A stretch of 64,000 nt of DNA from positions 107,748 to 171,747 of the forward strand of contig CAKPFG010000002.1 in assembly GCA_934153675.1 (NCBI GenBank). Reading direction: 5' to 3'. Below, in pieces: positions 10,328-20,900 of this stretch. The translations under genes were made by a program, and so were the position numbers. The notes below the pieces were generated by a model that ran no database searches, was not told the DNA's origin, and saw nothing but the letters and a program-made list of their open reading frames with translations. The first letter of the stretch is position 1; the number at the start of each line of letters is the position of its first letter. The stretch is from an uncultured Bacilli bacterium. Lineage in GTDB: Bacteria > Bacillota_I > Bacilli_A > RF39 > UBA660.

Positions 10328-10343
10328 TGTTTCACGTGAAACA
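10328..10343. promoter_or_regulatory. parS site 2
   Basis: TGTTTCACGTGAAACA, perfect, ending 2 nt before the tadA SD (AGAGGAG). Confidence 0.85.
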
Positions 10344-10356
10344 TAGAGGAGTTATT

Positions 10357-10773
10357 ATGGATAAATATATGAATTTAGCAATCAAGGAAGCACTTAAGGC
10401 AAAAAATGGAGGAGATGTTCCTGTTGGTGCTGTAGTTGTACATAAGAACAAAATAATTAGTAAAGCCTTCAATAAAAAAGAAAAAAGCAAAAATGCTATA
10501 TGTCATGCAGAAATAATAGCTATAAAAAAGGCTTGCAAAAAAATTAATAATTGGCATTTAAATGACTGTATTCTTTATTGTACTATGGAACCTTGTATGA
10601 TGTGTTGTGGCGCTATTTTACAATCAAGAATAAAAAAAGTATATTTTTTAGTAAAAAATGATAAATATGGATGTACAGATTTATTAAAAAATAGTAAAAT
10701 AGAATTTATAAAATTAGAAAACGATCTAAAAATGAAAAAAATATTAAATGAATTTTTTTCATCAAAAAGATAA
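10357..10773 (+). CDS. tadA: tRNA-specific adenosine deaminase
   Basis: CMP/dCMP deaminase zinc motifs HAEIIAI and PCMMCCGAI. ATG 10357 is preferred because the track N-terminus MFHVKH is just the translated parS palindrome. Confidence 0.9.
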   Translation: MDKYMNLAIKEALKAKNGGDVPVGAVVVHKNKIISKAFNKKEKSKNAICHAEIIAIKKACKKINNWHLNDCILYCTMEPCMMCCGAILQSRIKKVYFLVKNDKYGCTDLLKNSKIEFIKLENDLKMKKILNEFFSSKR

Positions 10774-10775
10774 AA

Positions 10776-10791
10776 TGTTTCACGTGAAACA
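10776..10791. promoter_or_regulatory. parS site 3
   Basis: TGTTTCACGTGAAACA, perfect, immediately after the tadA stop and 2 nt before the dnaX SD (AGGAGGA). Confidence 0.85.
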
Positions 10792-10802
10792 TAGGAGGAA
10801 AA

Positions 10803-12464
10803 ATGTATCAAGCTTTATATAGAAAATATCGCCCTCAAAATTTTAACGAAGTAGTTGGTCAAAAAATTATAGTAAAAACGTTAATTAATGCTATAAAAAC
10901 CAATAAAATTTCTCATGCATATTTGTTTGCTGGGCCAAGAGGCACAGGAAAAACAAGCATTGCTAAAATTTTTGCAAAAACTATTAATTGTAAAAATTTA
11001 AATAATGTTACACCTTGCGAAAATTGTGATAGTTGTCTTTCTTTTAATTCTAAGAAAGATATAGATATGATTGAGATAGATGCAGCCTCTAATAATGGTG
11101 TAGATGAAATAAGAAATCTAAAAAATAGTGTTAATTTTGTTCCAAATAATAGTAAATATAAAGTATATATTATAGATGAGGTTCATATGTTATCAACATC
11201 TGCTTTCAATGCTTTATTAAAAACATTAGAAGAACCACCTGAGTTTGTAATTTTTATATTAGCAACAACTGAATTGTATAAAGTTCCAGAAACGATTATA
11301 TCAAGATGTCAAAATTTTGAATTTCGTAGAATTTCTATTTCCGATATGTCGTCAAGACTTTTACAAATATGTGAAAAGGAAAATATATTAATAGATAATG
11401 ATGCAATAAATGAAATATCTAAAATTTCAAATGGTGGTATGCGTGATGCAATAGGATTATTGGATCAATTATCAGCATATACAACAAAGAAAATAACAAT
11501 AGATGATATTAATGACGTTTGTGGATTTATTTCAAACGAACATTTGTTTGAAATAATGAGCTTAATAATTGATAATAATTTGGATGAAGTATTAACAAAA
11601 ATAAACAAATATAACGACGAGGGGAAAGACTTAACTATTATTTTGAAAAAGATAGCTGAACAATTGAAAAATGTCTTAATATATATTAATGCCTCAGAAT
11701 ATTTTGATGATAAAAATTTAATAGAAAAATATGAATATTTTGCAAATAAAATAGCAGAAAAAAAAATAAATAAAATGATAAATGAAATTACAGAATCATT
11801 AAAAAACATGAAATATGAAAATGATAAACTTTTTCTTTCACAATTATGTATTATTAGAATATTTAATGTTATTCGTAGTAATACTATTTCTATGGATAAT
11901 AAACAAGATGAAATTATTAAAAATTTCAAAAATTCGATAGATAGTAATTATCCAAAAATAAAAAATGAAAAACAATTGGTAAAAAAAGAAAATACAAAAA
12001 TTATTCAATTTAAAAAGATTCGAATTAATAATACTCTTGCTCAATTTAACAAAAGAGATTTACTTGAATTTAAACAAGAATTGAATAAGTTACATTCATA
12101 TATATCAAATAGTAAATTTGCTTCCACTATATCTATTATTTTAGATGGAATTGTTAAAGCTAAGGGAAACGAATATGTAATATTTGTATATTCAGATAAA
12201 AAAATGTCTACATATTTTAATGAAAAAATAAATGATATTGAAAATACTTTGTTTTTTATATTAAAACAAAAATATAAAGTTATTTCTGTTTGTGTTGATG
12301 AATGGGAAATAATAAAAAATGATTTTAATAATAGTTTAAAGATGGGCGAAAAAAAGTATGTTTTAATGGATGAAGTTGCAATTATTGATGATAAATCTCA
12401 AAATAATGATATAAAAATCAATGATATTGACAATTCATTCAATGAAATAGTAAAATATATTTAG
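10803..12464 (+). CDS. dnaX: DNA polymerase III subunit gamma/tau
   Basis: MYQALYRKYRPQNFNEVVGQ..., Walker A GPRGTGKTS, zinc module CENCDSC, KVYIIDEVHML, SRC motif ISRCQ. Confidence 0.95.
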   Translation: MYQALYRKYRPQNFNEVVGQKIIVKTLINAIKTNKISHAYLFAGPRGTGKTSIAKIFAKTINCKNLNNVTPCENCDSCLSFNSKKDIDMIEIDAASNNGVDEIRNLKNSVNFVPNNSKYKVYIIDEVHMLSTSAFNALLKTLEEPPEFVIFILATTELYKVPETIISRCQNFEFRRISISDMSSRLLQICEKENILIDNDAINEISKISNGGMRDAIGLLDQLSAYTTKKITIDDINDVCGFISNEHLFEIMSLIIDNNLDEVLTKINKYNDEGKDLTIILKKIAEQLKNVLIYINASEYFDDKNLIEKYEYFANKIAEKKINKMINEITESLKNMKYENDKLFLSQLCIIRIFNVIRSNTISMDNKQDEIIKNFKNSIDSNYPKIKNEKQLVKKENTKIIQFKKIRINNTLAQFNKRDLLEFKQELNKLHSYISNSKFASTISIILDGIVKAKGNEYVIFVYSDKKMSTYFNEKINDIENTLFFILKQKYKVISVCVDEWEIIKNDFNNSLKMGEKKYVLMDEVAIIDDKSQNNDIKINDIDNSFNEIVKYI

Positions 12465-12475
12465 GAGGGATAAAT

Positions 12476-12769
12476 ATGAATATGCAAGCAATGCTGAAAA
12501 AAGCACAGAAAATGCAAAATGATATGATGAAAACACAAAATAAAATTAATGAAAAAGTTTTTATAGGAGAATCATCTTTTGTTCATGTTGAAATGAAGGC
12601 CGGAAATATAATATCTATAAAAATAAATAGTGATTCTATAGATCATGATGATATAGAAATTTTGGAAGATATGCTTGTTGTGGCTATACAAGATGCTAAA
12701 AATAAGTATGATAAAGAAATGGAAAAAGAAATGGGATCTTATACTAATGGTCTTCCTGGTCTATTTTAA
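12476..12769 (+). CDS. ybaB: YbaB/EbfC family nucleoid-associated protein
   Basis: 97 aa, MNMQAMLKKAQKMQNDMMKTQ..., conserved dnaX-ybaB-recR position. Confidence 0.9.
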   Translation: MNMQAMLKKAQKMQNDMMKTQNKINEKVFIGESSFVHVEMKAGNIISIKINSDSIDHDDIEILEDMLVVAIQDAKNKYDKEMEKEMGSYTNGLPGLF

Positions 12770-13374
12770 TGCATTATCCTAATACTATTTTAGATTTAAT
12801 ACAATGTTTTAAAAAATATCCATCAATAGGTGAAAAAACGGCTGAAAGATTGGCGTTATATACCTTAAATTTAGATGATTCTATTATTGAATTGATGGCT
12901 AATTCTTTAAATAATATCAAAACAAAAATAAAAAAATGTAAAATTTGTAATAATTATACTGAAGATGATATTTGTTATATATGTAATAGCAATCGTGATA
13001 GCAAATTACTATGTATAGTTGAAAGTGCTAAAGATATTAATCTATTAGAAAAAAATAATATATACAATGGTTATTATTTTGTTTTGGATAATTTAATTTC
13101 ACCTTCAAATGGATTAGATCCATCCGTTATTAATTTTGAAAGAATAATTGAATTAATAAAAAATAATAATGTTAAAGAAATAATAATAGCAATTAAACCA
13201 ACTGTTGATGGAGAAACAACTTCTATGTATATATCTAAGCTATTGGAAGATTATGATGTGGTAGTATCTAGAATTGCCTTAGGTATACCTATTGGTGCTG
13301 AAATAGACTATGTTGATTCATTAACTCTTGAAATGGCTATCGAAAATAGAAAAGTAATTAATGGTAAAAAATAA
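12769..13374 (+). CDS. recR: recombination protein RecR
   Basis: HhH N-terminus YPSIGEKTAERLALY, C4 zinc finger CKICNN...CYICN, Toprim domain. Confidence 0.95.
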   Translation: MHYPNTILDLIQCFKKYPSIGEKTAERLALYTLNLDDSIIELMANSLNNIKTKIKKCKICNNYTEDDICYICNSNRDSKLLCIVESAKDINLLEKNNIYNGYYFVLDNLISPSNGLDPSVINFERIIELIKNNNVKEIIIAIKPTVDGETTSMYISKLLEDYDVVVSRIALGIPIGAEIDYVDSLTLEMAIENRKVINGKK

Positions 13375-13405
13375 TTAAATCAACATATAATTAAATGGTG
13401 ATAAT

Positions 13406-13594
13406 ATGTTAAAAATTATTCTCAAAATGATTAAAAGAATAGTTTTTAGTTCTTTTTTGTTATATGGTTATAATTTGATTATTGGGCCACTAAATTTAAT
13501 GATTCCTATAAATATTATAACTATCTCAGCATTATCTGTTTTTGGGATACCTGCTTTATTAAGTTTTATTTTTGTATATATAATTGTCTTTTAA
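13406..13594 (+). CDS. BofA-family small membrane protein (pro-sigma-K processing inhibitor-like)
   Basis: 62 aa, two TM segments. ...LMIPINIITISALSVFGIPALLSF resembles the BofA family core (N..t....G.PG...l). It has the same position relative to recR as bofA in B. subtilis. Confidence 0.5.
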   Translation: MLKIILKMIKRIVFSSFLLYGYNLIIGPLNLMIPINIITISALSVFGIPALLSFIFVYIIVF

Positions 13595-13615
13595 TATTCA
13601 TATTGTATATAAATT

Positions 13616-14518
13616 ATGTTTGATAATTATAAAGATACTCAAAAAATTGCTTATAATATTTTGAGTAATTCAATTAAAAACAATAAAATTTCTCATGCAT
13701 ATTTAATTGAATCAAAGGGAAATGAAAAAAGTTATGACTTTGCATTATCATTTGCAAAGGCTTTATTGTGCCCTAAAAAATTAACTAATAATAAAAATTG
13801 TATTGGTTGTAATCAATGCCAAATAATAGATGATAATAATTTTCTAGAATTAGAAGTTATTGATACTGATGATATGTGGTTAAAAAAAGAAAAAATAGAA
13901 AATTTACAAAGTGATTTTAATTTTAAACCTATTATAGGCAAAAATAAAATATATATTATTAAAAATGCAGAAAAATTAAAAGAAAACTTGTCAAATAAAT
14001 TATTAAAGTTTATAGAAGAACCCGCACCAGGAATAATTGCTATATTATTAATTGATAATAAAAGTAAAATTCTTGATACTATATTATCTAGATGCCAATT
14101 GATTAGTTTAAATAATGAAGAAAAACATACTATAATTGATGATGATTTAACAAAAATAGTAATAAAATTTATTGAGTACGTAGAACAAGATAAATTAGAA
14201 ACAATTTTATATACAAATTCTTTGTTACATGATCATATGAATGATAGAAATAATTATATTGAAGTTTTAAATGTTATATTAGACTTTTATAAAAGTGTAT
14301 TAAATTATAAAATCAATATTCAAAAATACTATATTAGTAATGATTATATTGTTGAAATAAAAAAAATTGGTGAAAAAATATCTTTTAATAACATTTTAAA
14401 AAAAATTGATATAATAATTAATTTAAAAAAGGCTATATTAAACAATGCTAATATAAATTTAATTGTTGATAAGTTAATTATTGATTTTGCAGGGGTGGAT
14501 AAAAATGAATCAAATTAG
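13616..14518 (+). CDS. holB: DNA polymerase III subunit delta prime
   Basis: ISHAYLIESKG..., zinc-like C..C..C, KIYIIKNAEKL, SRCQ motif. Synteny with ricT. Confidence 0.85.
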   Translation: MFDNYKDTQKIAYNILSNSIKNNKISHAYLIESKGNEKSYDFALSFAKALLCPKKLTNNKNCIGCNQCQIIDDNNFLELEVIDTDDMWLKKEKIENLQSDFNFKPIIGKNKIYIIKNAEKLKENLSNKLLKFIEEPAPGIIAILLIDNKSKILDTILSRCQLISLNNEEKHTIIDDDLTKIVIKFIEYVEQDKLETILYTNSLLHDHMNDRNNYIEVLNVILDFYKSVLNYKINIQKYYISNDYIVEIKKIGEKISFNNILKKIDIIINLKKAILNNANINLIVDKLIIDFAGVDKNESN

Positions 14519-15284
14519 ATTAAAAATGTCAGAGGAAGTAATAGATATATATACAAAAGACAGTGTTAAAATCGGTGATAATATAATTGTTGAATTAAAC
14601 AACGTTTTATTTTATGGTGTTACAAAAAGTATAAAAAATATAAAAGAAAAGAAAAAAATAAATTCTTTATATAAATATGTACGATTAGCTAATTCTAAAG
14701 ATAAAAAAATCATAAAAAAAAATCATATAGATTCTCAAAAAGCATTTATTAAATGTAGAAAATTAATAGAAACATATAAACTTCCTATGAAATTAGTTAA
14801 TGTATCATTTTCTTTTGATAGAAAGCAATTAATTTTTAAATTTATTTCTGATGATAGGATTGATTTTAGAAATTTAGCTAAAGAATTGGCTAGAATATAT
14901 AAAACTAGAATTGAATTAAGACAAATTGGGGTAAGAGATAAGGCAAAAGAAATTGGCGGATGTGGTCAATGTGGGCAACAATTATGTTGTACTAGAATGC
15001 TGAAAAATTTTAACAGTGTTTCGATAAACATGGCTAAAAATCAAAATATTGCTTTAAATCCTAATAAGATTAATGGTGTTTGTGGTAGATTACTATGCTG
15101 TTTAAAATACGAAGACGAATGTTATAAGGAATGTCGAAAAGAATTGCCAAAAATTGGCAAAGAGATAATTACAGCAAAAGGGAAAGGTAAAGTTGTGTTT
15201 GTCGATCCTTTATCTAAAAAGTATAATATTTTAACAGAAGATAAAGATATAGTAGAGTGTGATGTAAATGATAGTGTTAAATGA
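14505..15284 (+). CDS. ricT: PSP1-domain protein RicT/YaaT (stage 0 sporulation protein)
   Basis: PSP1 C-terminal core ...IDFRNLAKELARIYKTRIELRQIGVRDKAK..GGCGQCGQQLCC...CGRLLCCLKYE. ATG 14505 chosen (GGGGTGGA SD). Confidence 0.85.
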   Translation: MNQIRLKMSEEVIDIYTKDSVKIGDNIIVELNNVLFYGVTKSIKNIKEKKKINSLYKYVRLANSKDKKIIKKNHIDSQKAFIKCRKLIETYKLPMKLVNVSFSFDRKQLIFKFISDDRIDFRNLAKELARIYKTRIELRQIGVRDKAKEIGGCGQCGQQLCCTRMLKNFNSVSINMAKNQNIALNPNKINGVCGRLLCCLKYEDECYKECRKELPKIGKEIITAKGKGKVVFVDPLSKKYNILTEDKDIVECDVNDSVK

Positions 15285-15993
15285 TTTATTAAATTATAAA
15301 AATTATAAAATATATCAAGATACTGATATGTTTTGTTTTTCCTTAGATTCTGTTTTGCTTTCTAATTTTGTAACTTTGAATAGTAAAATAAAAAAAATAT
15401 TAGATATTGGTTGTGGTAATGCACCAATACCTTTAATTTTAACTACAAAGACAAAAGCTGACATTATTGGTATAGAGATACAAAAAGATGTGGCAAAATT
15501 AGCTCAACAATCTGTAGATTATAACCATTGTACAGAAAAGGTGAAAATATATAATGAAGATATAAATGATTTTTATATCAAACAAGAGTCTGATAGCTTT
15601 GATGTTATAGTAAGTAATCCACCTTACTTTAAGGTAAATAAAAAAACTAAGCAAAATATATCTAATTATAAAAAAATTGCAAGACATGAAATATATTTAA
15701 ATATAGAACAAATTTGTAAAATAAGTAAAAAATTATTAAAAAATAATGGAGTTTTTGCAATAGTTCAGAGACCTGACAGGTTGTTAGAAATAATATCTTG
15801 TATGAAAAAAAATAATATAGAACCAAAGAAAATTCAATTTATTTATCCAAAAAAAGGTAAAGAATGTAATCTTGTTTTGATAGAGGGAAATAAAAATGGC
15901 AAAAGTGGTCTTAAAATATTGCAACCAGTATATGTTCATAATGAAAATGGAGATTATACAAATTATATATTAAGTTTATTTAGTGATAGGTGA
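15268..15993 (+). CDS. SAM-dependent methyltransferase, YabB/TrmN6-like (N6-adenine type NPPY motif)
   Basis: Motif I LDIGCGNAPI, motif IV VSNPPYF. Position after ricT as yabB in B. subtilis. Confidence 0.7.
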   Translation: MIVLNDLLNYKNYKIYQDTDMFCFSLDSVLLSNFVTLNSKIKKILDIGCGNAPIPLILTTKTKADIIGIEIQKDVAKLAQQSVDYNHCTEKVKIYNEDINDFYIKQESDSFDVIVSNPPYFKVNKKTKQNISNYKKIARHEIYLNIEQICKISKKLLKNNGVFAIVQRPDRLLEIISCMKKNNIEPKKIQFIYPKKGKECNLVLIEGNKNGKSGLKILQPVYVHNENGDYTNYILSLFSDR

Positions 15994-16107
15994 AGGTTGA
16001 AAATAAAAATATAAATTAAAGCATGTCAAAAATCGTCAATGAAGGCGTTAAAATAAAAAGTACATTTGTACGCGTTCTTTGAAAATAGTAAATTGTTATT
16101 AGGTATT

Positions 16108-16375
16108 CTACATAGTAATAACATAACCTAAAGAAGTTAAATAAGAATTCATTTTTTCTGGGGAGTTTTTAATTTGTTTATTAGATTTAAAATTACGATT
16201 AAGTAATGTATTAAATCTTCCATAGTCAAATATTTCTCCAGTAAGTAGGATATGATAAATACTAGTGAGTAAAAGTCTAGCTATGGCAATAATTGCTTTT
16301 TTATGTCCAGGATGTCTTTTTAAAGATTCATATCTTGCTTTAATATATGAACATGAGTTATCTTTATATGTACTT
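16108..16375 (-). pseudogene. IS110-family transposase remnant (C-terminal ~90 codons only)
   Basis: Minus-strand translation gives ...SYIKARYESLKRHPGHKKAIIAIARLLLTSIYHILLTGEIFDYGRFNTLLNR...*. The (R)KG-KKAI-A-AR-LL--IY--L pattern is typical of IS110 transposase C-termini. No upstream catalytic part, no start codon, and no ORF of 60 aa or more. Confidence 0.55.
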
Positions 16376-16559
16376 TAGAGATTAACGACGCATATAAAAA
16401 TACTAAAACAAAAGATAAAATTCTTTCACCACTCATCTCCACGTGCTATTGTAGTATGCCCAATAACAGTTTACTATTATATCAAAAAAAGAATTATTTT
16501 AATTACAATGTGTGCCTTTCAGAGGACTGAAAGGACGAAGAAAGGAATGTTAGTTAAAA

Positions 16560-17399
16560 ATGAAAGAAAATAAGAAAGCAAAATTATACTTGATTCCAAC
16601 ACCAATAGGTAATTTTGATGATATTAGTATACGAGTTATAAATGTATTAAAAGAAGTTGATATAATATTTTGTGAAGATACAAGAACAACGTCAATTTTA
16701 TTATCAAAATTAAATATCAAAAAAAAGTTGATAGCAAGTCACAAATATAATGAAAGTAAAAATATTAACAAAATTTTAAAATATTTGAGTGAGAATTTAG
16801 TTGTTGGAATTGTTAGTGATAGAGGAACACCAGTAATTAGTGATCCTGGATATATATTAACAAAAAATGTTATAGAAAATGGATATGAAGTAGTAGCCAT
16901 TCCAGGACCTACTGCATTCGTACCGGCTTTAATAGCTTCTGGGATAAACCCCCACCATTTTTTATTTTATGGATTTTTAGATTCGAAAAGATCTCAAAGA
17001 AAAAAGGAATTAGAGAATTTAAAATTAGAAAGGCATACAATTATATTTTATGAGGCCCCACATAGATTAAACGAAACAATAAATGATATGAAAATGATTT
17101 TGGGAAATAATAGGAAGGTATCTATTTCCCGGGAAATATCAAAAAAATATGAAAGAACATATCATGGGAAATTATTTGATATATTGGATAAAATAGATGA
17201 AACAAGAGGAGAATTTGTAATAGTTGTTGCGGGAAATAATTCAGTAGATACTAGTATCAATATTCCTATAATTGAGCATATTAAAATATATGAAAATCAA
17301 AATATTAGTACGATGGATGCAATTAAGCAAGTAGCTAAAGATAGACATATGAAAAAAAATGAAGTATATAAAGAATATTTGAAGGAGAAAGAAAAATGA
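16560..17399 (+). CDS. rsmI: 16S rRNA (cytidine1402-2'-O)-methyltransferase
   Basis: Tetrapyrrole-methylase fold: LYLIPTPIGN..., CEDTR, DRGTPVISDPG, PGPTA. Confidence 0.9.
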   Translation: MKENKKAKLYLIPTPIGNFDDISIRVINVLKEVDIIFCEDTRTTSILLSKLNIKKKLIASHKYNESKNINKILKYLSENLVVGIVSDRGTPVISDPGYILTKNVIENGYEVVAIPGPTAFVPALIASGINPHHFLFYGFLDSKRSQRKKELENLKLERHTIIFYEAPHRLNETINDMKMILGNNRKVSISREISKKYERTYHGKLFDILDKIDETRGEFVIVVAGNNSVDTSINIPIIEHIKIYENQNISTMDAIKQVAKDRHMKKNEVYKEYLKEKEK

Positions 17400-17950
17400 A
17401 ACTAGTGGTTGGTCTTGGCAATCCTTTAGAACAATATAAAAATACTAGGCATAATGTTGGTTTTATGGTGCTAGATGAAGTAGCTAATATTTTAAATAAA
17501 AATTTTGATAAAGAAAAGTTTCAGGGGTTATATTTTTGTACTAATATAAAAAATGAGAAGGTAATGTTTTTAAAACCACAAAAATTTATGAATTTATCTG
17601 GGGAGGTCGTTAAAAAAATAGTTGATTTTTATAAAATTTCAATTAATGATATATATATTATAAGTGATGACCTAGATTTGCCGGTAGGTAAAATTAGATT
17701 GAAAAAAAAAGGAAGCAGTGGGGGGCATAATGGATTAAAAAATATTTTTTCTTTACTTAATACAACAGAAATAAAGAGAATAAAGATAGGAATATCTAAT
17801 AATAAATTATGTGATACCAAAAATTATGTTTTGGGGAAGTTTGGTAAAGAAGAGATAATATCTATAAATGAAGCGATAAAAACAGTATCTGAAATTATTT
17901 TACATTTACCAGATACAGATTTTGATAAATTGATGTCTAAGTATAATTAA
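17396..17950 (+). CDS. pth: peptidyl-tRNA hydrolase
   Basis: MKLVVGLGNP...Y..TRHNVGF, ...GGHNGLKNI. Confidence 0.95.
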   Translation: MKLVVGLGNPLEQYKNTRHNVGFMVLDEVANILNKNFDKEKFQGLYFCTNIKNEKVMFLKPQKFMNLSGEVVKKIVDFYKISINDIYIISDDLDLPVGKIRLKKKGSSGGHNGLKNIFSLLNTTEIKRIKIGISNNKLCDTKNYVLGKFGKEEIISINEAIKTVSEIILHLPDTDFDKLMSKYN

Positions 17951-17961
17951 GAGGGGATACA

Positions 17962-20900
17962 ATGTTTTTTATAGATGAAAATATGGATTTTAATAAAACT
18001 TATATTAATGGTTTAACTGTAGAATTAAAGGGCTATTATCTTTATAATCTTTATAAGAAAAAGAATGATTCCGTTCTTTTTGTTACTTCAAATTTATATG
18101 ATGCAAATAAAATATATCAGATTGTTTTAAATTATACTGATAAAGTATTATTTTTCCCCATGGATGATTTTTTAACGAGTGAAGCTTTAGCTATTAGTCC
18201 TGAATTTTTATCATATCGTTTAGATTCTTTAAGTAAAATAATTTATGAAAAATATATAGTAATTACTAATTTAATGGGGTATTTAAGATTTTTACCGAAA
18301 AGAAATATCTATGAAAAGAATATCATTAAATTAAAAATTGGAAATTATTATAGTATTAAACAATTAGCAAACCAACTTAGTTTATGTGGTTATGAAAGAG
18401 TTACAGTAGTAAATCAAAGTGGACAAATGGCGATTAGGGGGTTTGTTTTGGATGTTTATCCTTTTCAAAGGGCAAATCCAATAAGAATAGAATTTTTTGA
18501 TGATGAAATAGAGAAAATAAGTGAATTTAATGTTAATTCACAATTAAGATTCAAATATTTAAATGAGGTATTAATATTTCCCAACACAGAATTTATAACT
18601 AATAAAAGCAATGATGATGAAAAAAAACATTATTATCTCGATACTTATAAAGAAGCTGAGAGTTTATATGATTTTATTAAAAGTCCAATAGTATGTTTTA
18701 ATGATTATAATGAAATTTTAAATTCTTATAATTTATTACAAGAAGAGATTAATACATATAAAAAAGAAAATAATATAAAAGAAAATATAAAATATATGTA
18801 TTGTTTTGATGATATAAAATATCAAAAATTTTTATATTTTGATACTTTTAGTACTAATAGTGAAGAATTTATAGATTATAAATCAAAATCAATTAACAAT
18901 TTTATCCAGGAAAAAGATTTATTTTGGTTTTTAAATAAAAGTATAAAAGATAATTATACTATAATAATATGTTTAAACAATGTTATGATTAAAAGAAAAA
19001 TATTAGACAAATTAAAAGATTTTTCTGTTGTTGATACAAATATTGATAATATATTTAAAAATAAAATTAATATTATTATTAAAAAAATGACTAGTGGATA
19101 TCAATTTGGAAAATATATAATAATTACTGAAAAGGAATTATTTAATAAAAAAGATATAGATTATGTTTATAAATCTAAATTTAGAATGGGTAGTAAAATT
19201 AGAGATATTACAAAATTACATAAAGGTGATTTTGTTGTACATATAATCCATGGAATTGGTATTTATATGGGAATAAAGACATTACCCAAAAATGGAACAC
19301 AAAGGGATTATATATGGCTTTCATATAAAGATGGCGATAATTTATATGTTCCTGTTGAAAAACTTGATTTTATAACTAAATATTCATCCAATGATGGCTT
19401 TGTTCCTAAACTTAATAAGTTAGGTTCAACTGAGTGGGAAAAAACAAAAATAAGAGTGCAAAAAAAAGTAAAAAGCATGGCTATGGATTTATTAAAATTA
19501 TATACTTTAAGGCAGGCTTCTAAAGGTTTTGCTTTTTCTAAGGATACTTCAGAGCAATTAATTTTTGAAAGTGAGTTTCCCTATAAAGAAACAAGTGATC
19601 AGTTAAAAGTAATTGATGAAATTAAAAATGATATGGAAAGTATTAAACCTATGGATCGTCTATTGTGTGGAGATGTTGGTTATGGAAAAACAGAGGTAGC
19701 TTTTAGAGCTATTTTTAAAGCTATAATGAACAATAAACAAGTAGCAATTTTATGTCCTACTACACTTCTTTCTTCCCAACATTATTCCAATGCTTTGGAA
19801 AGATTTAAATCATTTCCAGTTTCTATTGCTTTATTGAATCGTTTTGTACCTAGTGCTAAGCAAAAAAATATTTTAAAAGATTTAAAAGAAGGTAAGATAG
19901 ATTTATTAATAGGTACGCATAGAATATTGGGTGATGATGTAATTTTTAAAAGATTGGGATTATTAATTATAGATGAGGAACAAAGATTTGGAGTTAGGCA
20001 TAAGGAAAAAATTAAAACTTACAAAAATAATATTGATGTATTGACATTATCGGCAACTCCAATTCCACGAACCTTACAAATGGCTGTATCTGGTATTCGT
20101 AGTTTATCTTTAATTGAAACTCCTCCAATTGATAGATTTCCAATTCAAACTTATGTATTAGAAGAAAATTTTTCAATTATTAAAGATGCAATAAATAAAG
20201 AAATTGCACGACAAGGCCAAGTATTTATTTTATATAATAAAATAGAAGACATGGAAGAAAAAAAACAAAACATTAATAATTTAGTTCCAAATGCAAAAAT
20301 TGCTTGTGTAAATGGAAAAATGGATAAAAATAAAATTGAAAAAATAATGTATGATTTTCAAAATTTAAAGTACGATGTTTTGTTATGTACAACTATAATA
20401 GAAACAGGAATTGATATACCATCTGTAAATACACTTATTGTTATTGCTGCAGATCATTTTGGTTTATCCCAATTATATCAGATTCGTGGAAGAGTAGGTA
20501 GGAGTAATAAAATAGCGTATTGTTTTTTAATGTATAATAAGGGGAAAATATTATCAGATATTGCTAAAAAGAGATTGAGTGTAATTAAAGATTTTACTGA
20601 ATTAGGGAGTGGGTTTGCAATAGCAATGAGAGATTTATCTATTAGAGGTGCTGGAAATATTCTAGGTGGAGAACAATCAGGCTTTGTAGATAGTATAGGT
20701 ATTGATATGTTTCTTAATATGTTAAATGATGAGGTTAAAATATTAAAAGGAGAAACTGTAATTAATGATACATGTGAACAGCCATTAATAGAAGTATCTA
20801 ATAATATATCTAGTGACTATGTAGAAGAAGAGGATCTAAAAATTGAAATTCATAAAAAAATTAATTCGATTGATTCAATTAAAAGTTTAGAAAATCTAAA

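Noticed and set aside
10327-10356. N-terminal extension MFHVKHRGVI of tadA.
   Set aside because: It is the translation of the parS palindrome ATGTTTCACGTGAAACAT. A proper SD plus ATG follows at 10357. The same 'MFHVKH' reading frame appears before dnaX, where it is clearly non-coding.
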